A stretch of DNA of 51,265 bases from Gemmatimonadota bacterium (GTDB lineage: Bacteria > Gemmatimonadota > Gemmatimonadetes > Longimicrobiales > Gaopeijiaceae). The notes beneath the pieces were generated by a model. The model had not been told where the DNA came from, searched no databases, and was given only the letters and a program-made list of their open reading frames with translations. This document shows, one piece after another, positions 19,603 to 28,196 of the stretch; the first letter of the stretch is position 1, and each line of letters starts with the position of its first letter. Location: contig JBDHHQ010000045.1 in assembly GCA_039589315.1 (NCBI GenBank), positions 1 to 51,265 on the forward strand. The letters run 5' to 3'. The position numbers were made by a program, and so were the translations under genes.

Positions 19603-22428
19603 CTACTCCTGGCGGAGCGTGCGCATCGGATCGATGCGTGTGGCGCGACGGGCGGGGAGCGCGCTGGCCAAGAGGGCGGCCAGGAGCAGCAGACCCAGCC
19701 CCGCGGCGAAAGCCAGCGGGTCGAGGGGACTCACGCCGGCCAGCACGCTTCGCACCGCCCGGGCCGCGGGTAGCGCGATCAGGACGCCCAGCGCGAGCCC
19801 CAGCAACGCGAGCTTCATCCCGTCCCGAACGATGGCTCGCAGGACCTGCCCACGCTCGGCGCCGATGGCCATGCGGACCGCCATCTCACGGGTCCTTTCG
19901 GTGACGGCGACCGAGACGATGCCGTAGATCCCGATCACGGCCAGGAAGAGCCCGAACGCGCCTCCCCAGGTGAGGACACGGGAGGCGACTCGGAGGTGTA
20001 CGAACTGGATCGACAGCTGGCTGGCGTAGGTCGAAGGAGGAAGGAGCTGTACCTCACCGCCCTCCGGCCGGACGTGATCCCGAAGCACCGAGATCATGGC
20101 TTCCGCGCTCTCCACGCCCTTGACGGACACCGCCACCGTCGACGCGTAGTCTTGATACAGGGACGTCCAGAAGTACGGTGTCGGTGCTTCGTCGAAGTCC
20201 CCGTACTTCCCGTCGCTGGCGATGCCGATGACCTGGAAGGTCCTGGGCTCGGGAGCGAGACCGTGGCGCGCGGCACCGGGGTCGGTGACCTCGAACCGTC
20301 GGCCGAGGGCGTCTTCCCCGGGCCAGAATCGGTCCGCCAGAGTCTGGTTCACCACCGCCACCAGAGGTGCGTTCTGGTCGTCGCCCTCCTGGAACGACCT
20401 CCCGCGCAGGAGTGGAATCCTCAGCATCTTCAGGTATCCGGGAGTCACGGCGTTGCGGAAGTACGTCTCTTCCTCGTCCAGCCGCGGATCCGCGCCGTCC
20501 ACCGTCACGTCGACCGTGGACCCGAGGAGAAGCAGCGTCAGCTCCAGACTCCGGGACAGCTGGACGTCCGCCACACCCGGCACGGCGGCCAAACGGGAGC
20601 GGAGCTCCCTGTAGTATTGGATGCCTTGCTCGGGTCCATGGTCCTGGGGGTCGAGTGTCTTCGTCGCCACGGCGACCCGCTCGGGGTCGACCCCGAGCTC
20701 GGTCCGTGTAGCGCTGCCGAGCGCGCGCACGAACAGCGTCGCCCCCACGAGCAGCACCAGCGACGCTGCGCACTGGATGACGACAAGGGCGTCCCGCGCG
20801 TTGATGCGCCCCTTCCGACGGATCCGACCGTCGCCCTTCAGTGCACTCAGGATCTCCGGCCGTGAGCCCTGTAGCGCGGGAAGCAGGCCGAATACCAGGC
20901 TGGCTCCTATGGCACTGGCCACAGCGAAGGTCAGTACCCGGCCGTCCAGATCGATGGAGAGGCGGATCGGAACATTCATCGGGAGGGATGCGGCACCCAC
21001 GAGGCCCACGATCCAAGCGGCGACCAGCAGGCCCACGAGGCCCGCGGCGACTCCCGGAATCAGGGCCTCCGTCAGGAGCATGGCGATGAGCCGGCGGCGG
21101 CCCGCCCCCAGGGCAGCGCGTACGGCGATCTCCCGGCTTCGTCGATTGGCCCGGGCCAAGAAGAGGCTCGTCACGTTGGAGCAGGCGATCAGGAGGATGA
21201 GGCCGGTGATCCCGACGAAGAAGACGCCGATGCCGCCCAGGAGGGTCCGGGTCCCGGGCTTCAGGCGTGAGTCCCTCTCCGATACGGCGCTGAGCGCCCG
21301 GGCCCTGCCCCGGGAGTCCGTCCAGGCACCGGGATACTCCTCGGCCAACCGGTCCTCGAGCACGGAGGCCTGAGCGCGCAGGTTGTCGAGCGAAGCGTCG
21401 GCGCGCAGGCGACCCAGGATCAAGAAGCGTCGTGCGCCGCGATCCCGCAGTCCGGCGTTCCGCAAGCTCTCCGGGCCCTCGGTGTTGCCCAGCGGCACCC
21501 AGACGTCGGGTTCCAGAGGGGCTCGCCGACTCACGACCCCGTCGGGGGCGACGCCCACGACCGTGTGTTCACGTCCGTTCAGCCGAACGGTCCCGCCCAC
21601 GACGCCCGGATCGCCGCCGAACTGCTCGACCCACAGATCATGGCCGAGCACTGCAACCGGCAGGGCAGCCCCCGCTTGCCCCTCCCCGGGCGCGAACTCC
21701 CGTCCGATCACGGGCCGGATCCCCGTGACGGCGAAGTAGTTGGCCGTGACCTCCTCGGCCAACAAGGCCCGGGGCTCCAGGGTCCCTCCGAGGGTCAGGG
21801 TGCGGATCGCGATCGCCGCGGCGTCCTGCATCGACTCGATCTCCCGCACGGCGTCCTCGTAGTCCGGGAACGACGAGAGCCCGTACGCGTCGCCGTCGTC
21901 CTCGCTCGTGTAGAGCGTCACCAGTCGGTCCGGCTGAGACAGGCCCACCGGAGCCCGGAACAGCAGGGAGTTGACCACCGCGTAGGCCGCGGTGACCGCT
22001 CCGATCCCCAACCCCAGGGAAAGGACCGTAACCGTCAGCGCCAGCGGTGACCTGCGAAGGCTCCGAAACCCGAAGCGCAGATCGCCCAGAAAGGTCATCA
22101 CGGGGTTGCCCCTCCGTCGCGCCATCCGGTGCCGGTCCTCGGCCGAGCCGAGCGCTCCTTTCACTCGCTGCGCCCCTCCAGCGACTTGTCCGGGCAGCGG
22201 GCGCGAGAGAACGGCGATGCGGGAGCGGAGGCCGGGCAGCACCGACCGGAGCACCTGTCGCCGGTACCATGAACGAGCCGACCCGGCGCCGTCACGAGCC
22301 ACCCGCTGCTCGAGCTCCTCTTCCAGGTCGGCCAGCGCGAACCGGCGGTCTGCCGCAGGGAGCACGACCGACAGGAGCGCTCGGGCGATGCGGGGCGCGG
22401 GGGTGGAGGGGTCGAGCCCCGCGCTCAC
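19603..22428 (-). CDS. ADOP duplicated orphan permease with permease-prefix-2-like N-terminus
   Basis: PRIARALLSVVLP...LADLEEE...ARSWYRRQVLRS prefix; LLIACSNVTSLFL; ERTREMAVRMAIGA; RIDPMRTLRQE. GTGA overlap with padR. Confidence 0.93.
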   Translation of the reverse strand: MSAGLDPSTPAPRIARALLSVVLPAADRRFALADLEEELEQRVARDGAGSARSWYRRQVLRSVLPGLRSRIAVLSRPLPGQVAGGAQRVKGALGSAEDRHRMARRRGNPVMTFLGDLRFGFRSLRRSPLALTVTVLSLGLGIGAVTAAYAVVNSLLFRAPVGLSQPDRLVTLYTSEDDGDAYGLSSFPDYEDAVREIESMQDAAAIAIRTLTLGGTLEPRALLAEEVTANYFAVTGIRPVIGREFAPGEGQAGAALPVAVLGHDLWVEQFGGDPGVVGGTVRLNGREHTVVGVAPDGVVSRRAPLEPDVWVPLGNTEGPESLRNAGLRDRGARRFLILGRLRADASLDNLRAQASVLEDRLAEEYPGAWTDSRGRARALSAVSERDSRLKPGTRTLLGGIGVFFVGITGLILLIACSNVTSLFLARANRRSREIAVRAALGAGRRRLIAMLLTEALIPGVAAGLVGLLVAAWIVGLVGAASLPMNVPIRLSIDLDGRVLTFAVASAIGASLVFGLLPALQGSRPEILSALKGDGRIRRKGRINARDALVVIQCAASLVLLVGATLFVRALGSATRTELGVDPERVAVATKTLDPQDHGPEQGIQYYRELRSRLAAVPGVADVQLSRSLELTLLLLGSTVDVTVDGADPRLDEEETYFRNAVTPGYLKMLRIPLLRGRSFQEGDDQNAPLVAVVNQTLADRFWPGEDALGRRFEVTDPGAARHGLAPEPRTFQVIGIASDGKYGDFDEAPTPYFWTSLYQDYASTVAVSVKGVESAEAMISVLRDHVRPEGGEVQLLPPSTYASQLSIQFVHLRVASRVLTWGGAFGLFLAVIGIYGIVSVAVTERTREMAVRMAIGAERGQVLRAIVRDGMKLALLGLALGVLIALPAARAVRSVLAGVSPLDPLAFAAGLGLLLLAALLASALPARRATRIDPMRTLRQE

Positions 22429-22769
22429 GGCGTCCCTCCGGGATCTCCCGCCAGCTGGAGCCCCTCCATCATCCGTCCGAGCATCTCCGCCGAGTGGGCG
22501 ACCGCGTCTTCTCCGGCCGGAGTCAATCGGCAGTACTTGCGTGGTCGACCCCGCCGACCGGGCTCGGGATCCGCCTTCTGTGTCAGGAGGTAGCCCTTGG
22601 CTTCCACGCGTCCCAGCGCGGCGTAGAGCGCGCCGATGGAGACCGGCCGCCCGGTCCGCGCCTCGATCTCCTGGCGCACCGAAGCGCCGTAGGCGCCGTC
22701 ACCCAGGCGCGCGACAGCGAGCATCACGTACAATTCGAACTCGGGAAGGAATCGACCAGGCACGTGCAC
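22425..22769 (-). CDS. PadR family transcriptional regulator
   Basis: EFELYVMLAVARL, AYGASVRQEIE, SIGALYAALGRVEAKGY, GRPRKY. Confidence 0.93.
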   Translation of the reverse strand: MHVPGRFLPEFELYVMLAVARLGDGAYGASVRQEIEARTGRPVSIGALYAALGRVEAKGYLLTQKADPEPGRRGRPRKYCRLTPAGEDAVAHSAEMLGRMMEGLQLAGDPGGTP

Positions 22770-22786
22770 CGACCTGTAGTGGGTTA

Positions 22787-22807
22787 TTTATTCTACAAAT
22801 GAATAAA
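22787..22807. promoter_or_regulatory. Putative PadR operator (perfect 7-7-7 inverted repeat)
   Basis: TTTATTC-TACAAAT-GAATAAA, an AT-rich patch immediately upstream of padR. Confidence 0.6.
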
Positions 22808-22936
22808 AACCCTCTGAGCCGCCGGGTCAACCCTCCGTGGTTGGAGCGGCCGCCGGGGCGCGCCGCGACACGACCGGCGACCCACGCCGCACCCCTTGGG
22901 GTGCCGGCAATGGCCCCTGCAGGTACGGTCCCGGGC

Positions 22937-23431
22937 TCAGCCCGGAGTCGCCTCGACAGTCTTCTTGCCGAGCTGCCGCCCGAGGATGCCACCGGCCACG
23001 GCGTTCGCGGCCAGAACACCCACGAGTCCGGGCGTCGTAACCGGAGGCCAAACCAGCACGAAGGCGGTGAACAGCACGACCGTGCAGACCGTGAGGCCGA
23101 AGATCATGCCGGTGATGGGGTTTGCCGGGATCCTGTAACGGGCGAACAGCTTGGCAGCCACGACCCCCAACGCCGCGAAGACCAGGAAATGGAAGCCGGT
23201 GTAGGCCACCAGCCTGAACAAGGCGGTGGCCACTGCCGTCAGCCGCGTGCCGGCGGACTCCGACAGGCCCAGCCCCGGACCGCCGACACCGAACAGGACC
23301 CGAGAGAACTCCATCGGCGTGGCCAGGGGGCTCATGGTGACGACGTCGTAGACGAAAAAGAGCACGATGACGGAGAGCCCCGCCTGAAGACCCGCGCCGG
23401 CGCCAACCAGGACCGTGTGCTTACGTTCCAT
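22937..23431 (-). CDS. Hypothetical membrane protein (about 4 TM)
   Basis: GAGGAGG before MERKHTVL; hydrophobic segments; YTGFH motif; overlaps the preceding gene. Confidence 0.75.
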   Translation of the reverse strand: MERKHTVLVGAGAGLQAGLSVIVLFFVYDVVTMSPLATPMEFSRVLFGVGGPGLGLSESAGTRLTAVATALFRLVAYTGFHFLVFAALGVVAAKLFARYRIPANPITGMIFGLTVCTVVLFTAFVLVWPPVTTPGLVGVLAANAVAGGILGRQLGKKTVEATPG

Positions 23432-23828
23432 CAGTGCCTCCTCGTTTGATGCCTCCCAGGACGGCCGGGCCAATCAGGGAGACGACCAGGACCAGGACCC
23501 ATAGCCGGCCCTCGAACACGTTGTAGTCCGCCAGAAGGACGGACCAGGGTACCCCGAGCACGTAGTGCTGGAAGAGGAACTCGAAGCTGGCGGTGAGCGC
23601 CACCCAGAAGACGCCGATGCGCACCAGGGAGCCTCGGTCGAGCGCCGGGCACATCCACGCGACGGTCCGCCAGATCAGCCACACGAAGACTGCGAGAAAG
23701 GCCAGCGTGCCTACCACGTGGGCCGCCTGGCTCCCCAGGCTGGGGAGAAGCCACGCCGTCCGCAGGACTCCCAGGGCGAACGCCGCCAGCAGTGTCAGCA
23801 GCCAGACTGAAAGCGCTTTGACATACAT
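23421..23828 (-). CDS. Hypothetical membrane protein (about 4 TM)
   Basis: AAGGGG RBS; FEFLFQHYV...LLADYNVFEGRLW; 27 nt downstream of nosY. Confidence 0.8.
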   Translation of the reverse strand: MYVKALSVWLLTLLAAFALGVLRTAWLLPSLGSQAAHVVGTLAFLAVFVWLIWRTVAWMCPALDRGSLVRIGVFWVALTASFEFLFQHYVLGVPWSVLLADYNVFEGRLWVLVLVVSLIGPAVLGGIKRGGTDGT

Positions 23829-23855
23829 AGCGCTGTCCCCTTGAAGCCTCCAGCC

Positions 23856-24650
23856 TCAAAAGTCCTTCTTGCCGAACAGCCGGACCCCTACCGCCAGTGG
23901 CGCCACCACCCACGCCGTCAGCGCGGTCACGGCCACGGCGGCCCCCACCGGACCACCGAAGAACTTCTGGAACACGGCTCCCGTGTACCCCATGAGCGCA
24001 GACACGTCGAAGTTCATCAGGAGGACGACACGGGCGAGGTCGATGGGGTTCAACAGCATCATCCCCAAGACCGGCTTCTCCAGGGGGTACGCGGAAAAGG
24101 CGTTCACCGCCATGAGCACGGCCGCGTCGTAAAGGACGGCGAGAACCAGCCAGAGCACCAGCGCCGTCGCCAGGCCCCGGACCCGGTCCTCCAGGCGCAC
24201 GGCGATCACGAAGGCCAGGGCCACGAAGATGAAGGTCAGGAACGCGCCCGCGCCTGCCAGGAGGGCCAGCGTCCCGGTCAACTCGGGCGCCCGCAGGGCT
24301 CCGTGCCAGGCGGCCGGAAGCAGGATTCCCACCAGGACGGCCAGCGACAGGGGCACGGCCAGCCCCAGATACAGACCGCCGAACAGCTCCCGACGACCCA
24401 CCGGGTGGGAGAGCAGCAGCTCGTTGAATTCCCGGGAGTTGTAGACGTACACCGTTCCCAGGATCACGCTGACCAGGGGCACGAGGAACAGGATCACGTT
24501 GACCATGCTCAGAAGGGCCCTCGGGCCCACACCGCTGAAGCGGAACAGGGCCTCCGTGGCGAGCAGCAGAAACAGCCCGTAGACCGCGACCGCGCGTGCC
24601 CTCGCCACGTCCCGCAGCTCGTATTTGAATACCTTCGCCAGCGAGCTCAC
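23856..24650 (-). CDS. nosY: Nos ABC transporter permease
   Basis: Multi-TM protein; YNSREFNELLLSHP, LNPIDLAR, SALMGYTGAVF, KKDF C-terminus; GTGA overlap with nosF. Confidence 0.92.
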   Translation of the reverse strand: MSSLAKVFKYELRDVARARAVAVYGLFLLLATEALFRFSGVGPRALLSMVNVILFLVPLVSVILGTVYVYNSREFNELLLSHPVGRRELFGGLYLGLAVPLSLAVLVGILLPAAWHGALRAPELTGTLALLAGAGAFLTFIFVALAFVIAVRLEDRVRGLATALVLWLVLAVLYDAAVLMAVNAFSAYPLEKPVLGMMLLNPIDLARVVLLMNFDVSALMGYTGAVFQKFFGGPVGAAVAVTALTAWVVAPLAVGVRLFGKKDF

Positions 24651-25360
24651 GGCGTCCCCCCCTCCGTCATCAGGCGGGCCACCGCCTCCTCCAGGTCTTC
24701 TCCCCCGGCGTGGGTCAGCAGATCGGTGACCGGGCCCTGGAACCGGACCTTCCCGTCCAGGAGGAAGACGATGTCGTCGGACAGGTCCTCGAGCTCCGCC
24801 ATGATGTGCGACGTCAGGATGAAGGTGCGCCCCGCGTCTCTCTCCCGCCGGATCTTGTCCTTGAGAATCCGGGCCGCCACGGGATCCAGTCCGGCAGTGG
24901 GCTCGTCCAGAATCAACAGCTCGGCGCCGAAACGGAATGCGATGGCCGCGTTGAGCTTCTGCCGGGTGCCCCCCGAAAGCGTCCGGAACGGCTTGCCGAG
25001 CTCCTTTTCGAGTCCGAACTGCTCCACCAGCTCGCCGTCCTGCACCCCCGGCGCGTTCCGCAGGTCCGCGAGCATGTTCAGGAGCTCCCGCCCGCTCAGG
25101 TTTTCCGGGAAACGGACGATCTGAGGCATGTAGCCGATGCGTCTCCGGTACGCCGAGTCGCCGTTCAGGGCGTGGCCGGCGAAGGAGATGACGCCGGCAT
25201 CCGGCTTGACCAGCCCGAGAACGGCCTTGATGAGCGTGGTCTTGCCCGACGCGTTCGGGCCCACGATGGCCGTCACTCTTCCGGGCCGTATGTCGACGTC
25301 GACGCCATCCAGCACCTCGAGGGCTCCGAAACGCTTGTGGAGGTCACGGATCTCGATCAT
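24647..25360 (-). CDS. nosF: Nos ABC transporter ATP-binding protein
   Basis: GPNASGKT, GYMPQ, LSGGTRQK, LILDEPTAGLDP; lies between nosD and nosY. Confidence 0.93.
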   Translation of the reverse strand: MIEIRDLHKRFGALEVLDGVDVDIRPGRVTAIVGPNASGKTTLIKAVLGLVKPDAGVISFAGHALNGDSAYRRRIGYMPQIVRFPENLSGRELLNMLADLRNAPGVQDGELVEQFGLEKELGKPFRTLSGGTRQKLNAAIAFRFGAELLILDEPTAGLDPVAARILKDKIRRERDAGRTFILTSHIMAELEDLSDDIVFLLDGKVRFQGPVTDLLTHAGGEDLEEAVARLMTEGGTP

Positions 25361-26823
25361 TGGATTCTCTGCATGCTCGGCCGCTCGTCGACGAGGGTTT
25401 CCGGCGTCAGGGCCGGTACCACACGCTCCGCGGCGTCCAGGAGTGCCACGAGGAAGCTGCGCAAGAGGACCAGGGACGGCTCGTTCTGCTCCACGATGAG
25501 CGAGAAGAGCCGTACGGGTCGGAAGGGCACGTCACCCACACCGTCACGATCCAGGTCATAGCCCCGGTAGTCGTCCCAGTAGTTGCCCTCGAACGTGCTG
25601 TAGGAGCGACGGCTGTTGGTGGTGACATCGAACGAGTTGCCCACGAAGTTGTTGCGTGTGAACACGTTGTCCAGAGAGTTCGCCATGATCTTCACGGCCC
25701 ACCCGTTTTGGACGAAGTCGTTGTCCTGGACCTGCAGTCGGTTCGAGCCCTCTGCGAGGATCCCGATCGAGTTCCGGTGGAACAGGTTTCCAGAGAGCTC
25801 GGAGTCGCGGATGTCCTTCATGAGGATCCCGAAGGATGCGTTGCCCCAATTGTGGTCGAAGACGTTGTTCCGCATGGTCACGTCCTCGGTGTACATGACG
25901 GCGACACCCGCACCGTTCTCGGCAAACACGTTGTTCGAGTAGGCGCAACGGTCGGAGAACATGAAGTGTAGGCCGTACCGCAGGTTGCCCCTACTCTCGT
26001 TGCCCTCGATCCTGCTGTCCTCCACGAACTCGAAGTAGATACCGTCCCGGTGCCCCTCGATCCGGTTTCCACGTATCGTCACGTTCCGCGAGTACCACAG
26101 GTGGATGCCGTTCGCCGACTGGCTCTCCCGCGTGGCCTGGGCGGTCAACTCGTTGTTCAGGATGTCGCACGACCCGCTGTTGGCCAGATAGATGCCGAAG
26201 AAGGCGTCCTCGAACCGGTTGTCCGCAATCCGGCAGCCGAGGCTGTCCTCCACGCGGATCGCCGCCCGGTCCTCCACGAACGACACACCCACGTCCTTGA
26301 AGACGAAGCCGGAGACGGAAACGTCGTCTGCGACGATGGTCATGAGCTGACGCTCGCCTTCCCCGTCGAGGATCGGCCGACCCTGCCCCACAAGCTCCAC
26401 CGGCTTCTCCACGGTCAGCGTAGGCTCGCGGTACACGCCGGACTTGACCACGATGCGGTCTCCGCTCCGGGCCAGCTCCAGGGCTCGCGTGATCGTGGAA
26501 AGGTCCGTGCCCGGCTCCACGACCCACTCCGTGCCGGGCACCCCTGCGCCCGCCACGGCAGGGCTCTGATCGGTCGCCTCGGCCTGCGCGGGGGAGGAAG
26601 CGACGCCCGATGCCGCGCCGGCCGTCGACGTGACGAACGCGCCGGACGCATCTGAGGCCACGCCGTGCGGGAGGGGCACGGCCGCCGCCAGCGCCTCGCG
26701 ACGAATCGCGTCCGTCGACGTGCCCCGGCCCGGCACGGCCAGGGCGAGCCCGCCGAGAGTCACGATCAGCGCCGCGAAGGGGTGGCGACGGAACGTAAGC
26801 CCTTCAGGGAGACGTGGTCTCAT
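25357..26823 (-). CDS. nosD: Nitrous oxide reductase maturation protein (beta-helix)
   Basis: GNRIEGHRDGIYFEF, LRYGLHFMFS, GVAVMY, GNYWDDYRGYDLDRDGVGDVPFRP. Start uncertain (26823 or 26841). Confidence 0.95.
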   Translation of the reverse strand: MRPRLPEGLTFRRHPFAALIVTLGGLALAVPGRGTSTDAIRREALAAAVPLPHGVASDASGAFVTSTAGAASGVASSPAQAEATDQSPAVAGAGVPGTEWVVEPGTDLSTITRALELARSGDRIVVKSGVYREPTLTVEKPVELVGQGRPILDGEGERQLMTIVADDVSVSGFVFKDVGVSFVEDRAAIRVEDSLGCRIADNRFEDAFFGIYLANSGSCDILNNELTAQATRESQSANGIHLWYSRNVTIRGNRIEGHRDGIYFEFVEDSRIEGNESRGNLRYGLHFMFSDRCAYSNNVFAENGAGVAVMYTEDVTMRNNVFDHNWGNASFGILMKDIRDSELSGNLFHRNSIGILAEGSNRLQVQDNDFVQNGWAVKIMANSLDNVFTRNNFVGNSFDVTTNSRRSYSTFEGNYWDDYRGYDLDRDGVGDVPFRPVRLFSLIVEQNEPSLVLLRSFLVALLDAAERVVPALTPETLVDERPSMQRIQ

Positions 26824-26873
26824 GGCTCGCCCCTGCGGCATCTACGCCGGTCGAGCATGCCCACCCGGACATG

Positions 26874-27386
26874 CTATGGGAGCGCCCGGCTCATCCGGGG
26901 CTTTGGGTGGGGCCCACCTTCGGGCCAATCGGACCGCACGTGCTCGATCACCTGTGCCCACGAGAGGAGGTCGCCGCCGAAGGAGTCCAGCACCGCCCTG
27001 GAGCGGATGCTCCCCTCACCGAAAGCGGTGAGGCCCAGGCCCATGGGGCTCTTGAGGTTGTCGCTTCTGAGGAAGAACGCCTCCGCAACCGGGATCAGGG
27101 TGGGCGGAGCGGCGAAGTCCGTGACCCAGACGGAGTGGACGTCCTCCGGCTCGGCATCGTGCAGAAGGTACGCGACCATGCACTCCACCGAGTCGAAGGT
27201 GTGCACCTTGCCGGTCCGGGTGACGATTTCGCTTCCCCACCTCTCGTCGGCGATGCCCATGAGACAGGTCTCGCACGCATCGTCGCCGTAGGCGATGGGT
27301 TGGGGCTGCGGGCTGCATGCCGTAACGACCAGCAGGCCGGCGGTCACCATGAGGCGTCGTGTGGCCCTTCCCGTCAACGGAATCAT
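26874..27386 (-). CDS. nosL: NosL copper chaperone lipoprotein
   Basis: Lipobox VTA-C, CETCLM, GKVHTFDSVECM, SPMG. Start taken at MIPLT. Confidence 0.93.
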   Translation of the reverse strand: MIPLTGRATRRLMVTAGLLVVTACSPQPQPIAYGDDACETCLMGIADERWGSEIVTRTGKVHTFDSVECMVAYLLHDAEPEDVHSVWVTDFAAPPTLIPVAEAFFLRSDNLKSPMGLGLTAFGEGSIRSRAVLDSFGGDLLSWAQVIEHVRSDWPEGGPHPKPRMSRALP

Positions 27387-27391
27387 GCGAA

Positions 27392-28117
27392 TCAAGCCGC
27401 GTTTCGTTCCTTGCGTCCGCGCCGGAACTCGGTGAAGGCCACGATCAAGCCGAGGCCGCAGGAAAAGGCTGCCGCCCACCCCCCCGGCCCGGGCCAGGAA
27501 GACGCGACGAAGTTGAGGATCTGCTTCGACCCGATGAGGGGCGGTTGATATGACATCCCCGGGATCTTGATGGCCGCCGTCGGGTCGAGGCTGTGCCCGT
27601 AGTCGTACCCCCAGACGTAGTAATCCACCATCCCCGCCATGGCGATGAGCACGAAGGCCACGACCCACACGTAGAGCAGCTTCCGGTTTCCGACCAGTGC
27701 CACGAGCAGCCCCGAGATCATCAGGGCTCCGATGATCCAGGGCATGATCCGCAGCTCGGGAATCGACTCCGGGTGGATCTCCTTCATGCCGATGTAGTGG
27801 TTGAGCCCGTTGATGTTCTTGAGGTCGTTGGGCTTCTCGCCGCGGATGTCATTCACCCAGATCTGCATCCCGATCCCCTCGGGGTACTGGGGAGCCTCCA
27901 GGGCAATCTTCCAAAGAGGCTGGACGTAGACCAGTCCCAATGCGAGGGCCGCGATGGCCACCAGCACTCGGGAACGTTTGCTCACTTTGTTGTCCGGTTT
28001 CCGGCGCCCGGTAGCGTCAGGCGGTATCGCATCAGGAACTCGTCCAGCGGGCTCTTCGATGAGCGGGACCTCCAGGCCGCGTGCGACCGGGTCCGGGATC
28101 TCTATGCCGGCTTTCAT
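27392..28117 (-). CDS. nosB: Clade II nos membrane protein (NosB-like)
   Basis: LWKIALEAPQYPEG, INGLNHYIGM, WGYDYGH, YQPPLIGSKQILNF; directly downstream of nosZ. Start may be later (GTG 27985). Confidence 0.85.
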   Translation of the reverse strand: MKAGIEIPDPVARGLEVPLIEEPAGRVPDAIPPDATGRRKPDNKVSKRSRVLVAIAALALGLVYVQPLWKIALEAPQYPEGIGMQIWVNDIRGEKPNDLKNINGLNHYIGMKEIHPESIPELRIMPWIIGALMISGLLVALVGNRKLLYVWVVAFVLIAMAGMVDYYVWGYDYGHSLDPTAAIKIPGMSYQPPLIGSKQILNFVASSWPGPGGWAAAFSCGLGLIVAFTEFRRGRKERNAA

Positions 28118-28196
28118 GCGTGACGCTCCAGGTCCTGTTCGCAGAGTCCGGGAGGGGCGGCGTCAGGCCACCCCTCCCTCGCTCCGTTTCAGGCGA

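Noticed and set aside
10486..19640. Similar sequences at the 3' ends of the four permeases as mobile-element or DNA repeats
   Set aside because: Explained by the conserved PARRA.R(V/I)DP..(A/T)LR.E protein motif of the paralogs.
27387..27668. Apparent extended NosL or NosB-NosL fusion
   Set aside because: nosB stops at 27392 in a different frame, and NosL has its own lipoprotein signal from 27386.
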